Shown here piece after piece: positions 28,104 to 36,703 of a DNA stretch of 64,000 nt. The notes under the pieces are model-generated. The model made no database searches, was not told the origin of the DNA, and saw only the letters and a program-made list of their open reading frames with translations. Within the stretch, counting starts at the first letter, position 1. Each line of letters opens with the position of its first letter. This DNA comes from a virus (lineage: Duplodnaviria; Caudoviricetes), in IMG/VR virus record IMGVR_UViG_2934897587_000001, positions 1,460 through 65,459 of that record. The stretch is one strand, 5' to 3'. The position numbers and the translations under genes were made by a program.

Positions 28104-28550
28104 ATGAACCTCGCAGCAGCAGGGGGCGGCGCCGCCTTCGGCGAACTCGGCGCCGGCGGTATCGCCCTCGCCGCCACCTTCTTCATCGTCCTCGGCGTCA
28201 AGGGCGAGGGCCGCGTCAAGTTGAAGGACAACCCGGCGCTCATCGTGGCGTTCATCGCCGGAACGTCCTTCAGCGCGGCCGGGAAGATCTGGACCAACCC
28301 CGAGAAGATCACCAAGCAGGGCCTGTCCGGCATCGGCGTCGGACACGATTCCGGAGTTTTCGGACACGTCGGCATCGGTGCCGTCTGCCTCATCCTCTTC
28401 ATTCTCATCCTGTGCTGGAAACTCAGCCCCTTCCGGGGGGCCGTCCTCGGGCTGGTCTCCGCGTTCGTCTGGCCGCTCGCCGGATCCGACGCCGTCTGGT
28501 CCGTGCCCGTGCAACTCGCCCTCGCTGTCCCGACCATGCTGGGCGGCTGA
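28104..28550 (+). CDS. Small polytopic membrane protein
   Basis: AGGAG RBS; about 4 hydrophobic Gly-rich helices. Confidence 0.75.
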   Translation: MNLAAAGGGAAFGELGAGGIALAATFFIVLGVKGEGRVKLKDNPALIVAFIAGTSFSAAGKIWTNPEKITKQGLSGIGVGHDSGVFGHVGIGAVCLILFILILCWKLSPFRGAVLGLVSAFVWPLAGSDAVWSVPVQLALAVPTMLGG

Positions 28551-28551
28551 C

Positions 28552-29247
28552 ATGCGTGTATGGATCGCCATCTGGGTCGGCTCCACCCAGATCACCCGCT
28601 GGATCGCCGCCTGGCTCAACGGGGGAGTGGTGCTACGGCTCTTCGTCCTCGGCCTGGCCGCCGGCTTCGCCAAGGGCCTGCCCTTCACCACCGCCCTGGG
28701 CTGGCTCGCCGCCCTCGCCTGGCTCGGCCTCGCGATCTTTCTCGGCCTCCGTGAAGCCGCTGCGGAAGAGGCAGCAAAGAACGAGGCGAAGGACGGCGCC
28801 ACGGACACCGAGAGCGCAGCGGCAACCGAACCCGCCACGGCGGCCACCGACACCTCGAAAGCCGCCGACGCTACCCCCACCCAAGACGACGTCACCCGCC
28901 TCCTCCACAACCTTCTCGGCCCCACCGGCGGGGTCCACCTCTCAGCGCTCGCCAAGGCTCTCCCCGGCGGCCCCTGGCCCACCCGCAAAGTGCGCGCCCT
29001 CCTCGCCGCCCACGGCACCCGCGTAAGGGCCGGCGTACGGGGCCCCAATGGGGCCGTACGAGAGGGCGTCCACCGAGACGACATCCCCACCCCCACTTCC
29101 CCCACCGGCAGCACCCCGACCGATACCGGCGTTGTCGCAGGTCAGAGCAACAACAACAACGACAACAACGCCAGGTTCACCGTCACAGACGACCCCGACA
29201 ACCCTGCCCGCAGCCACGTCCACTTCGCGAAAGGCGCCCACCCGTGA
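28552..29247 (+). CDS. Membrane-anchored protein with TraB-C-terminus-like wHTH
   Basis: N-terminal TM helices; GVHLSALAKAL...VRALLAAHG..VRAGVR...GVHRDDIP. Confidence 0.7.
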   Translation: MRVWIAIWVGSTQITRWIAAWLNGGVVLRLFVLGLAAGFAKGLPFTTALGWLAALAWLGLAIFLGLREAAAEEAAKNEAKDGATDTESAAATEPATAATDTSKAADATPTQDDVTRLLHNLLGPTGGVHLSALAKALPGGPWPTRKVRALLAAHGTRVRAGVRGPNGAVREGVHRDDIPTPTSPTGSTPTDTGVVAGQSNNNNDNNARFTVTDDPDNPARSHVHFAKGAHP

Positions 29248-29358
29248 CACCCACCCGCTACCGCCGTCGCTGACGGCTGGCTGTCCGCCCCGGGCCCCAC
29301 GGCCGGGACGGGCAGCGAGCCGGGCAGACCGGTCCGGCCGAAAGGGAGGCACCACCGC

Positions 29359-29703
29359 GTGAACTTCATTCGCTACCGGGTCGAGGACGAGGACGGAACC
29401 TTCCTCGACGAGTTCACCACCAACGCCCCGGACTTCGCAGAGGAGCACCCCATGAAGCGCGTCGCCTACGTGATCACCCGCACCGACGACGACCGCGAGG
29501 AGGACCGCCGAGTCATGTCCCTCGGCACCCAGCTCCTCGCCGACGACCAGGACCCCGCGGCGTACGCCGCCGATCGACTGGCCCAGAACCGCGTCGAGCA
29601 CAGCTACTACACCGGGCCCCGCCGCATCTCCTACTGGCCGCACCCGGACGGCACCCCGCTCCCGCGCACCGCGCCGGCCAACGCCCAGCACATCGACGGC
29701 TGA
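29359..29703 (+). CDS. Hypothetical protein
   Basis: GGAGG RBS. Confidence 0.65.
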   Translation: MNFIRYRVEDEDGTFLDEFTTNAPDFAEEHPMKRVAYVITRTDDDREEDRRVMSLGTQLLADDQDPAAYAADRLAQNRVEHSYYTGPRRISYWPHPDGTPLPRTAPANAQHIDG

Positions 29704-29708
29704 CACCC

Positions 29709-29975
29709 ATGGCCGCCAATCACGCCGAGTGGTTCCGGATCTACGACAGCGCCCCCGTCGCTGGCGTCGACACCAAGGCGAGCTACCGCAAGGAGACCAG
29801 CGACGACGGCGGGCGCACGTGGGAATACCCGCGCCCGACCACAGGCGAATTCCTGCGGCTCGAAATGACCGAGGCGCAGGCCGCCGGATGCTCCGTCGAT
29901 GTCCGCGAGGGCGTCGTGACCATCCAGAGCCCGCACCCCATGGGCGGGCTGATCCGCTACACGCCTACCCACTGA
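29709..29975 (+). CDS. Hypothetical protein
   Basis: ORF following the previous gene. Confidence 0.6.
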   Translation: MAANHAEWFRIYDSAPVAGVDTKASYRKETSDDGGRTWEYPRPTTGEFLRLEMTEAQAAGCSVDVREGVVTIQSPHPMGGLIRYTPTH

Positions 29976-30053
29976 CCCCGGGGCGGCCGTCCGCCTGCCA
30001 GCACCAGGCCGCCCCGGTTCCCCATCCCGCGCACACGAGACAGGACCACCATC

Positions 30054-30203
30054 ATGCCCAAACTGCGCACGTCCATCCCCATGTCCGAACTACGCGAGAA
30101 GCGCGCCGGCCGCGACGACGAGCACCGCCGCGACTACCAGGCCACCCGCGGCGGCTGGGTCGAGCGCGATGAGAAGCCCGTCCCCGGCCAGCCCAAGCAA
30201 TAG
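30054..30203 (+). CDS. Small basic hypothetical protein
   Basis: AGGA RBS, 49 aa. Confidence 0.45.
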   Translation: MPKLRTSIPMSELREKRAGRDDEHRRDYQATRGGWVERDEKPVPGQPKQ

Positions 30204-30296
30204 CCCACCCCTGCCACACTGAACCCGCACGCCGGGCAGCGCCCGGCAGGTGCCCCGCCGCCCGCTGCGGCGGGGCAGCACCACAAGGAGGTACCA

Positions 30297-30503
30297 CTGA
30301 CTGCCGATCGTGACCCGCGCTGGGAGTGGATCGAGACGACCAGCTTGGCCTCGGGAGAGACATGGATCAAGGGCCGGTGCCTCCACCGTGAAGTAGTCCC
30401 CGTTGACTCCCACGGTAAGACCGTCGCCAACCTCTGCCTGACATGCGACCAGCAGCTCCCAGAAGAGTGGCAGCCAGCCGCAGCCGAGCAGGACTGGGCA
30501 TGA
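30297..30503 (+). CDS. Small hypothetical protein with CTG start
   Basis: AAGGAGG RBS then CTG; stop overlaps next ATG; CLTC motif. Confidence 0.5.
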   Translation: MTADRDPRWEWIETTSLASGETWIKGRCLHREVVPVDSHGKTVANLCLTCDQQLPEEWQPAAAEQDWA

Positions 30504-31039
30504 CACACGACCTGATCACGTTCCTCCAGGCCCGCCTCGACGAAGACCAGAAGGAAGCCGCGGCCGCCAGCCCTGGCCCGTGGCACCTCAATGCCGAGCA
30601 CGACGAGGTCGTGGCGGTCGACGACATCACCGTGGCCGAAGGGTTCGCGCTCTCCGGCCGCCAGCTCCGGGCCACCACAGGGCACATCGCACGCCACGAC
30701 CCGGCCCGCGTCCTCGCCGAAGTCGAGGCGAAGCTGGCGATCATCAGGCTGCACCGCCCCAGGCAGGTGCGATCGACCGGCAGCGAAGGAGGCACCATCG
30801 AGAGATGTCAGATCTGTGATCATTTCCCGGCGCAGTACCCATGCGGAACGATGCGAGCGCTGACTCTGCCCTACGCCGACCACCCCGACTACCGCGAGGA
30901 ATGGCGAACCATGAATGACGCTGGGCCGCAGGGACAACCAGCCCCACAGGGGCCACCAGCACCACAAGGCCCGGCGGCGCCCAAAGGGCCAGCCGCTTCC
31001 AAAGGGCAGACAGGCAACCGCGACAACCGGCAGCCGTAG
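30500..31039 (+). CDS. DUF6221-like phage protein
   Basis: FLQARLDED...DPARVLAEVEAK...LPYADHPDYREEWR. Confidence 0.8.
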   Translation: MTHDLITFLQARLDEDQKEAAAASPGPWHLNAEHDEVVAVDDITVAEGFALSGRQLRATTGHIARHDPARVLAEVEAKLAIIRLHRPRQVRSTGSEGGTIERCQICDHFPAQYPCGTMRALTLPYADHPDYREEWRTMNDAGPQGQPAPQGPPAPQGPAAPKGPAASKGQTGNRDNRQP

Positions 31040-31050
31040 AACCCCGCCAC

Positions 31051-31072
31051 TGTCAGTGCCCGCGCGTACTCT
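31051..31072 (+). promoter_or_regulatory. RecA-independent DNA-damage (RecA-NDp / PafBC-type) promoter
   Basis: TGTCAGTG-N8-TACTCT matches TGTCRgtg-N8-TAnnnT. Confidence 0.65.
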
Positions 31073-31212
31073 CCGCCCTGTAACTATCCGAGCTGCTGGC
31101 GCTCCTCGGACCCCGCCCCGCCCCGGAACAGCGCCCGGGAGCGGGGCACAAAACGTCCCGGCGGGTGCGCAAACACCCCCGGGACACGGACGGCCACTTG
31201 GGAGAAACCGCC

Positions 31213-31764
31213 ATGTACGAGGGTAACCCGCAGCACCTCTGGAGCGAAGAGGGAGTCGGGAAGCGCGGAACCGACGCCCCGAACGCCCACCTCGCCGACC
31301 TCTTCGACAAGGGAGACCCCGCCTTCGGTGCCACCATGAGCGCCATCCTGATGTTCACCTCCAGCGGCATCGAAGTCACCGACGAAGTGGCACAGATGGC
31401 GATCAAGATAGGCCGCCACAACCACAAGACCGCGCTTCAGGCTGAGGAGCACCGTGCCGAGCAGCACCCCGCGGACAAGGAAGGTGCCGTCGTCTACTAC
31501 ATCCGGCGCGGCTGCATGGTGAAGATCGGCACCACGACCAACCTGCGGAACCGTATGGCCTCCCTCCTCCCAGACGAAGTCCTCGCCACCGAACCCGGCA
31601 GCTACAGCACCGAATCACGGAGGCACATGCAGTTCCGCGACCTCCGTGTGCCGGGATTCAACGAGTGGTTCTATGCAGGGCCCCCGCTGCAACGGCACGT
31701 CGCCGCGCTGCGCGTCCTGCATGGCGCGCCAGACCCCGCGCTTCCCACACTGCGCAGCAGTTGA
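31213..31764 (+). CDS. GIY-YIG / T5orf172-like nuclease-domain protein
   Basis: VVYYI...VKIGTT.NL..RM...LATEPG...E...H..F.......EWF. Confidence 0.8.
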   Translation: MYEGNPQHLWSEEGVGKRGTDAPNAHLADLFDKGDPAFGATMSAILMFTSSGIEVTDEVAQMAIKIGRHNHKTALQAEEHRAEQHPADKEGAVVYYIRRGCMVKIGTTTNLRNRMASLLPDEVLATEPGSYSTESRRHMQFRDLRVPGFNEWFYAGPPLQRHVAALRVLHGAPDPALPTLRSS

Positions 31765-31779
31765 GCGACACTGGGCGGC

Positions 31780-32004
31780 ATGGAATACATCTCCCTGCCG
31801 CCCGGCTACCTCACGACCAGCATGGCCGCGAAGGCCGCCGACAAGGAGCCGGCCACGATCCGGGACTGGGTCCGCCGCGGCATCCTCGCCCGCTGCGGCG
31901 GCACCCCGAAGCGCCCGATATACCGAGTCGACGACGTCCTCGCCGCCACACAGGCCGCGAAGCCGAACCGCCAAGGCCAGCGGGGTGTCAAGCAGGCCGC
32001 TTGA
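31780..32004 (+). CDS. Small HTH DNA-binding protein (MerR/Xis-like)
   Basis: AADKEPATIRDWVRRG...YRVDDV. Confidence 0.75.
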   Translation: MEYISLPPGYLTTSMAAKAADKEPATIRDWVRRGILARCGGTPKRPIYRVDDVLAATQAAKPNRQGQRGVKQAA

Positions 32005-32029
32005 CACTGATCAACCGGTGCGCCACGAT
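32001..32029 (+). promoter_or_regulatory. Putative late promoter TTGACA-N17-CACGAT
   Basis: Consensus -35; 9-bp inverted repeat gtgtcaagc/gcttgacac overlaps it. Confidence 0.6.
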
Positions 32030-32074
32030 TTGCGCGTACAACTGTGTCCACAACCAGTTGACACGCAGACTCCC

Positions 32075-32112
32075 CGAAGGCCTCGACCACACCGGTCGGG
32101 GCCTTCGTCGTT
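32075..32112 (+). terminator. Leader stem-loop (attenuator-like)
   Basis: cgaaggcc-tcgacc / ggtcgg-ggccttcg then T-containing tail. Confidence 0.5.
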
Positions 32113-32132
32113 CCCGCGCGAGGGGAGGCTCG

Positions 32133-34100
32133 ATGCCCTTCCCGACCGGCACCCCGACCGTCACCCTCACTGGCACGTTGCCGTCGGCGGTCGGCGGCGG
32201 CCCGTACAGCGGCACCATCGTCCTCACCCCGTCCACCGAGCTGATCGACGCCGAGCGGCACGCGATCTACCCCGGCGGCGGCACCGTCGCCCTGGATGAG
32301 AACGGATCGTTCGCCGTCGAGGTGATCCCCAACGACACCGACGGCATCGAGCCCGAGGGCTGGCGGTGGCGGATCGACCTCCAGCCCGCCGGCGGGCAGC
32401 GCACGATGTTCTGGACGGACATCCACGGCCCCGACGGCACCACCGTGCACCTGGACGAGCTGCTGCCTGTCCCGGCCCCCGACGGCACCCCCGGCGTCCA
32501 GCAGGGTCCTGCGGGCGCCTCGGCGTACGAACTCGCCGTCGCCGACGGCTACACAGGCACGGTGACGCAGTGGCTCGCCTCCCTGGCCGGCCCCGCCGGA
32601 GCCACTGGCCCCGCAGGGGCAACAGGCGCAACCGGGCCAACCGGGCCAACCGGGCCAACCGGACCAGTCGGCGCCGCAGGAGCGCAGGGCCCAACCGGAG
32701 CAACCGGCCCGCAAGGGCCTACCGGTGCTACCGGCGCCACGGGCCCCCAGCCGCCGCTCGGCGCCGCCGGAGCCGGCTCCACCATCGCCCTGAAGTCCGA
32801 CGACCCCACCACCACCAACGCCCGCACCCCCACCGCACACGCGGGCAGTCACGCTGTTGGCGGCAGCGACCCGATCACCCCCGCGGCGATTGGGGCCCTG
32901 GCCACCACCACGTGGCGCCGCCGGGACCTGCCCGACCAGGCAATGGCTGACTCCCTGTACACCGGCGCCGCGCCCACCATCAGCACGGCGCAGACCACGA
33001 CGCCGACCACGGGCTACCTCAAGTACGCCCCGGTCGGCGTCGCGCTCACCGGCTCGGACACCACCGGCCCGTTCCAGTACGCCGGCGCCGGGGCATTCGC
33101 CATCGGCGCCACCTCGCCGGACACGAACTACGTCCTCCCGACCAGCAAGTACCCGAACACCTACAGCTCGGGCCAGGCCGCCTGGAGTGTCGAATTCGGG
33201 ACGGACGCCCAGGTGTTCCAGGCGCGGTTCAAGTACATCTCCGCCGCGACGATGTACCGGCTCAGCGTCGACGGCCGCAAGGTGAGCGACCTCATGCAGT
33301 CGTCCGGCGGCACTACCGCCGGCTCCGGCCACATGCTCACCATCGACCTCGGCTCGGCCGCGCCCCGGCGGATCCGTATCGACTTCGTCACCATGCCGTT
33401 CGGCGGGATCTACCTGCCGCCCGGCGCGACCATGTGGCAGGTGCCTCTGCGCGGGGGCCGCCTGGCGGTGCTCGGCGACAGCATCTCGGATGGCGCCGCA
33501 GGCAACGTCGGCGCCGGCGCCGGAACGTGGTTCGCCCGGGCGGCCCGGTTGCTCGGCTGCACGGACGCATGGGAGCAGGGACGGGGCGGCACCGGATACA
33601 TCACGCCCGGCGCCTACGCCATGTTTCAGGACCGGATCGCCTTCGACGTCATCCCGTACAGCCCGGACAGGTTGATCATCTGGGGCGGGTACAACGACAA
33701 CACCGGCGGCCAAGGCGCCATCGGCACAGCGGCAGCCAGCCTCTACAGCACGCTGAAGAGCGCACTGCCCACCTGCCAGATGTACGTCATCGGCTGCTGG
33801 TCGCCCACCGGTTCGCCCGGCGCGAGCATCCCCGCCACCGACGCCACCCTGCGCACGCAGGCCGCCGCCGCTGGCATCCCGTTCGTCAGCCCCATCACCG
33901 GCGCCTGCTACGACGCCACCGGCGCCCTGGTCGCCACGCACGGACCGTGGATCACCGGCACCGGCCGAGTCGGCGCGACCACGGGCGTGGGCAACGCCGA
34001 CACCTGGATCAGCTCGGACGGCGTCCACCCCACCGACACCGGGCACATCGGCCTCTCCCGCCGCATCACCGCAGCCATCACCGCCCTCATGCCCGCCTGA
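32133..34100 (+). CDS. Collagen-repeat protein with C-terminal SGNH/GDSL hydrolase (likely virion fibre)
   Basis: GGGGAGG RBS; (G-X-Y)n tract; SGNH blocks GDSIS, GGTGY, GGYND, DGVHP. Confidence 0.85.
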   Translation: MPFPTGTPTVTLTGTLPSAVGGGPYSGTIVLTPSTELIDAERHAIYPGGGTVALDENGSFAVEVIPNDTDGIEPEGWRWRIDLQPAGGQRTMFWTDIHGPDGTTVHLDELLPVPAPDGTPGVQQGPAGASAYELAVADGYTGTVTQWLASLAGPAGATGPAGATGATGPTGPTGPTGPVGAAGAQGPTGATGPQGPTGATGATGPQPPLGAAGAGSTIALKSDDPTTTNARTPTAHAGSHAVGGSDPITPAAIGALATTTWRRRDLPDQAMADSLYTGAAPTISTAQTTTPTTGYLKYAPVGVALTGSDTTGPFQYAGAGAFAIGATSPDTNYVLPTSKYPNTYSSGQAAWSVEFGTDAQVFQARFKYISAATMYRLSVDGRKVSDLMQSSGGTTAGSGHMLTIDLGSAAPRRIRIDFVTMPFGGIYLPPGATMWQVPLRGGRLAVLGDSISDGAAGNVGAGAGTWFARAARLLGCTDAWEQGRGGTGYITPGAYAMFQDRIAFDVIPYSPDRLIIWGGYNDNTGGQGAIGTAAASLYSTLKSALPTCQMYVIGCWSPTGSPGASIPATDATLRTQAAAAGIPFVSPITGACYDATGALVATHGPWITGTGRVGATTGVGNADTWISSDGVHPTDTGHIGLSRRITAAITALMPA

Positions 34101-34132
34101 CACCTGACACTGGCCCAAGCGCACCGCAAATG

Positions 34133-34348
34133 TCAGTCCTGCGGATGCTGCCACGGCCGGCCCTCACCGCCGGGCCGCAGCGTCACATCCGGAGCTGGCC
34201 CAGTCCGGCGCTGCCGGGCCGTCGCCACGACCGTCCCCAGCATCACTGCGCCAGCCAGCACAGTCAGCACGCCCCAGCCCTGCACCCAGCTGACCAACAG
34301 CACGACCAGCGCAGCCACGAACATCCCGGCTGCCGCATCTGTCCGCAT
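34133..34348 (-). CDS. Small antisense-oriented membrane protein (moron-like)
   Basis: Two TM segments; start uncertain (34348 or 34363). Confidence 0.5.
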   Translation of the reverse strand: MRTDAAAGMFVAALVVLLVSWVQGWGVLTVLAGAVMLGTVVATARQRRTGPAPDVTLRPGGEGRPWQHPQD

Positions 34349-34395
34349 ATCCCCACCCCTCATCGGTGGGCACAGAGTACGGACGGAGGCGCCCC

Positions 34396-34755
34396 GTGCC
34401 CAGACGAACAGGCTGGCGAGTGTGCAGCGTGGCAGGCTGCCCCGAGTTCACCGACCAGGGCGGCCGCTGCGAAGGCCACCGGCAAGAGGCGGAGCAGCGG
34501 CGCGGCAGCTCACGGCAGCGCGGCTACGGCCGCGAGCACACCGCCCGGTTCCGGCCCGGCGTCCTCGCACGCGACCGCATCTGCGTCCTCTGCCGCACGG
34601 CACCGAGCAAGCATGCCGACCACTACCCGCTCAGCCGGCGCGAGCTCGTCGAGCGCGGCCTCGACCCCGACGACCCGCGCCACGGCCGCGGACTCTGCGG
34701 CCCCTGCCACAGCAGCGAGACCGCACAGCACCAGCCCGGAGGATGGAACCGATGA
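34396..34755 (+). CDS. Packaging-associated HNH endonuclease
   Basis: CSVAGCP, RGYG, CVLC...ADHYP...RGLCGPCHS. Confidence 0.85.
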   Translation: MPRRTGWRVCSVAGCPEFTDQGGRCEGHRQEAEQRRGSSRQRGYGREHTARFRPGVLARDRICVLCRTAPSKHADHYPLSRRELVERGLDPDDPRHGRGLCGPCHSSETAQHQPGGWNR

Positions 34756-34967
34756 GCACCCGCCTCAGCGCCTCCGACCTGCGCACCCTCGCCGCTGCGC
34801 TCGACGCCCTGTCGCAGACGCGACGCGACACCGGCGTCAGCATCGACCGCTACGGCGAGCAGCACCTCACCTACCAAGACCACGTCATCCGAGCGGACTG
34901 GGACACCGGTACCGACGAGACAACCGAGGGCCAGTACGTGATCGAGATGCCCGATGTTGCGTACTGA
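34752..34967 (+). CDS. Hypothetical protein
   Basis: ATGA overlap. Confidence 0.55.
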   Translation: MSTRLSASDLRTLAAALDALSQTRRDTGVSIDRYGEQHLTYQDHVIRADWDTGTDETTEGQYVIEMPDVAY

Positions 34968-34985
34968 CGGGGCAGGAGACGACCT

Positions 34986-35297
34986 GTGACCACCGTGCTT
35001 GCCCTCTACCGGTCCTACGACATTGCCGAGCACCGCGAGGCACTGTGCGAGTGGATCAAGGCCAACGGGATCGACCCCAAGGCGGTGTCAGACCGCTGGA
35101 TCAGCGTCGAGGAGCGGGACGGCCAGCGGGCGATCCGGTACCTGGCCTTCCGCGTCACCCCCAGCGGACAGCGGATCATGGACCCCGACGACCCCGACCA
35201 GGCATGGGTCGAGGAGCGGACCGCGCCCCTCCAGACCAGCCTCCCCGACGGGCCGTCACAATGCGTCATGATCGAGCCCGCTGGGGGTGGGGGGTGA
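34986..35297 (+). CDS. Hypothetical protein
   Basis: AGGAG RBS; WIKANGIDP. Confidence 0.6.
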   Translation: MTTVLALYRSYDIAEHREALCEWIKANGIDPKAVSDRWISVEERDGQRAIRYLAFRVTPSGQRIMDPDDPDQAWVEERTAPLQTSLPDGPSQCVMIEPAGGGG

Positions 35298-35360
35298 CCC
35301 CCTCCGTGGATCTCGCCCAGACCGCCGGGGAGGTGGCTGAGAAGTCCGCCGGGTTCAGAA
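35283..35360. other. Possible cos/packaging region
   Basis: G-tract, ggggtgacccc palindrome and cgccggggag between HNH and terminase genes; nearby switch from C-rich to G-rich top strand. Confidence 0.35.
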
Positions 35361-35489
35361 CCTTCATGATCACCAATGGCCGTCACTGACTGTGACGTTA
35401 GTCGATCATGCTGGGGCGTGGCGCCCGGCCGAGGCGCCGGCGCTGTCGGTGGGCGGTCGTACTCTGGGCGCCCCTGAAACGGAGGCGCC

Positions 35490-36176
35490 ATGGCCGCTCG
35501 GACCTGCCCGGCCTGCCAGCAACCCATCGCCCCAGGCCCCCGGGAACGCAACCCACGGAAGTGGTGCAGCGATCGGTGTCGGGTGTGGGCGCTCCGCCAC
35601 CCTGGCCAGGTCCGGCCCCCGGCCGGCAACTGCTCGACGTGCGGGGTGGCGTTGACGGGCAGGGGCCCGACCGTCAAGTACTGCACCGCCCGGTGCGGCG
35701 AGATCGCGCGTGGCCAGCGGGCGGCGGTCGCGCTCCCGGAGCGTGTCTGCGAACTCCCGGAGTGCGCCCAGTCGTTCCGGCCGGCGCGGCCGGGACAGCG
35801 GTGCTGCTCTGAGCAGCACGGCAAGCGCCTGTACAACCGCGAGTCCCGGGCGGATGGCCGTCAGCAGCCGGAGCCATGGAACGACCGGCGGCGCGACCGC
35901 TACCACAGGCGGCGTGCGCAGAAGGCCCGGACGTCGACCGGTGGACCGGTCTTGCTGGCCGCGATCGCGGAACGCGATGGCTGGCAGTGCGGCCTCTGCG
36001 AGCAGCCCGTCGACTGTGACCGGCGGTGGCCGGATCCGCTGAGCGCGAGCCTTGACCACGTGCAGCCCCTGTCGAGAGGCGGGGCGCACGATCCGTCGAA
36101 CGTCCGGCTGGCTCATGTGCGCTGCAACAGCGCGCGGGGCAACCGGCCGGACGGCGCAGTGAGAGACGTCGGCTAG
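35490..36176 (+). CDS. HNH endonuclease with N-terminal zinc fingers
   Basis: ERDGWQCGLC...SLDHVQPLSRGG.H...N....H..CN. Confidence 0.9.
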   Translation: MAARTCPACQQPIAPGPRERNPRKWCSDRCRVWALRHPGQVRPPAGNCSTCGVALTGRGPTVKYCTARCGEIARGQRAAVALPERVCELPECAQSFRPARPGQRCCSEQHGKRLYNRESRADGRQQPEPWNDRRRDRYHRRRAQKARTSTGGPVLLAAIAERDGWQCGLCEQPVDCDRRWPDPLSASLDHVQPLSRGGAHDPSNVRLAHVRCNSARGNRPDGAVRDVG

Positions 36177-36229
36177 GCGCAACGCCCGGCCGCATTGCAC
36201 CGCAACGGTGCGACTGAAGGGTGGCCGTT

Positions 36230-36703
36230 ATGCCGAAGGGTGGCGCTCGTGCGCGCTCTGGCCCGGCTCCTGATCCCGAGGCGCTGCGGCGCGAGCGGGA
36301 CGCCGGGGAATGGACGATCCTGCCGGCGGAAGGGCGTGAGGGCGATGTGCCCGAGTGGCCCCTGACCGAGCAGAGCATGCGGGAAGAGGCCCTGTGGGAG
36401 CGGCTGTGGAGGATGCCGCAGGCCCTGATGTGGGAGCGGTACGGCCAGGACATCGAGGTGGCCCTGTACGTGCGGCGGCTCACCGCGGCGGAGCAGCCGG
36501 ACGCCGGGGTGAACCTGGGGACGCTGGTGCGGCAGCAGTCCGACAGCCTTGGGCTGACGACACCGGGCATGCGGGCGAATCGGTGGCGGGTGGACCGTGC
36601 CGAGGAGGCGCCTGCGCAGGCTTCCGGATCGGCTTCGGTGACTCCGATCGCCCCGAACAGCGCTCGGGCCCGGCTGAGGTCGGTGTCCGGTGGTAGCGGC
36701 TGA
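36230..36703 (+). CDS. terS: Terminase small subunit
   Basis: MPKGGARARSGPAPDP...W..LW..PQA..W...LGLT..G..ANRW; precedes TerL. Confidence 0.85.
   Translation: MPKGGARARSGPAPDPEALRRERDAGEWTILPAEGREGDVPEWPLTEQSMREEALWERLWRMPQALMWERYGQDIEVALYVRRLTAAEQPDAGVNLGTLVRQQSDSLGLTTPGMRANRWRVDRAEEAPAQASGSASVTPIAPNSARARLRSVSGGSG

Noticed and set aside
29147-29170. (ACA)n run as a phase-variable tract
   Set aside because: Short in-frame trinucleotide run coding Asn; length change would not shift the frame.
32590-32750. 9-bp tandem repeats (accgggcca) as a VNTR or regulatory array
   Set aside because: Explained by collagen G-P-T codons; the same applies to 57160-57450.
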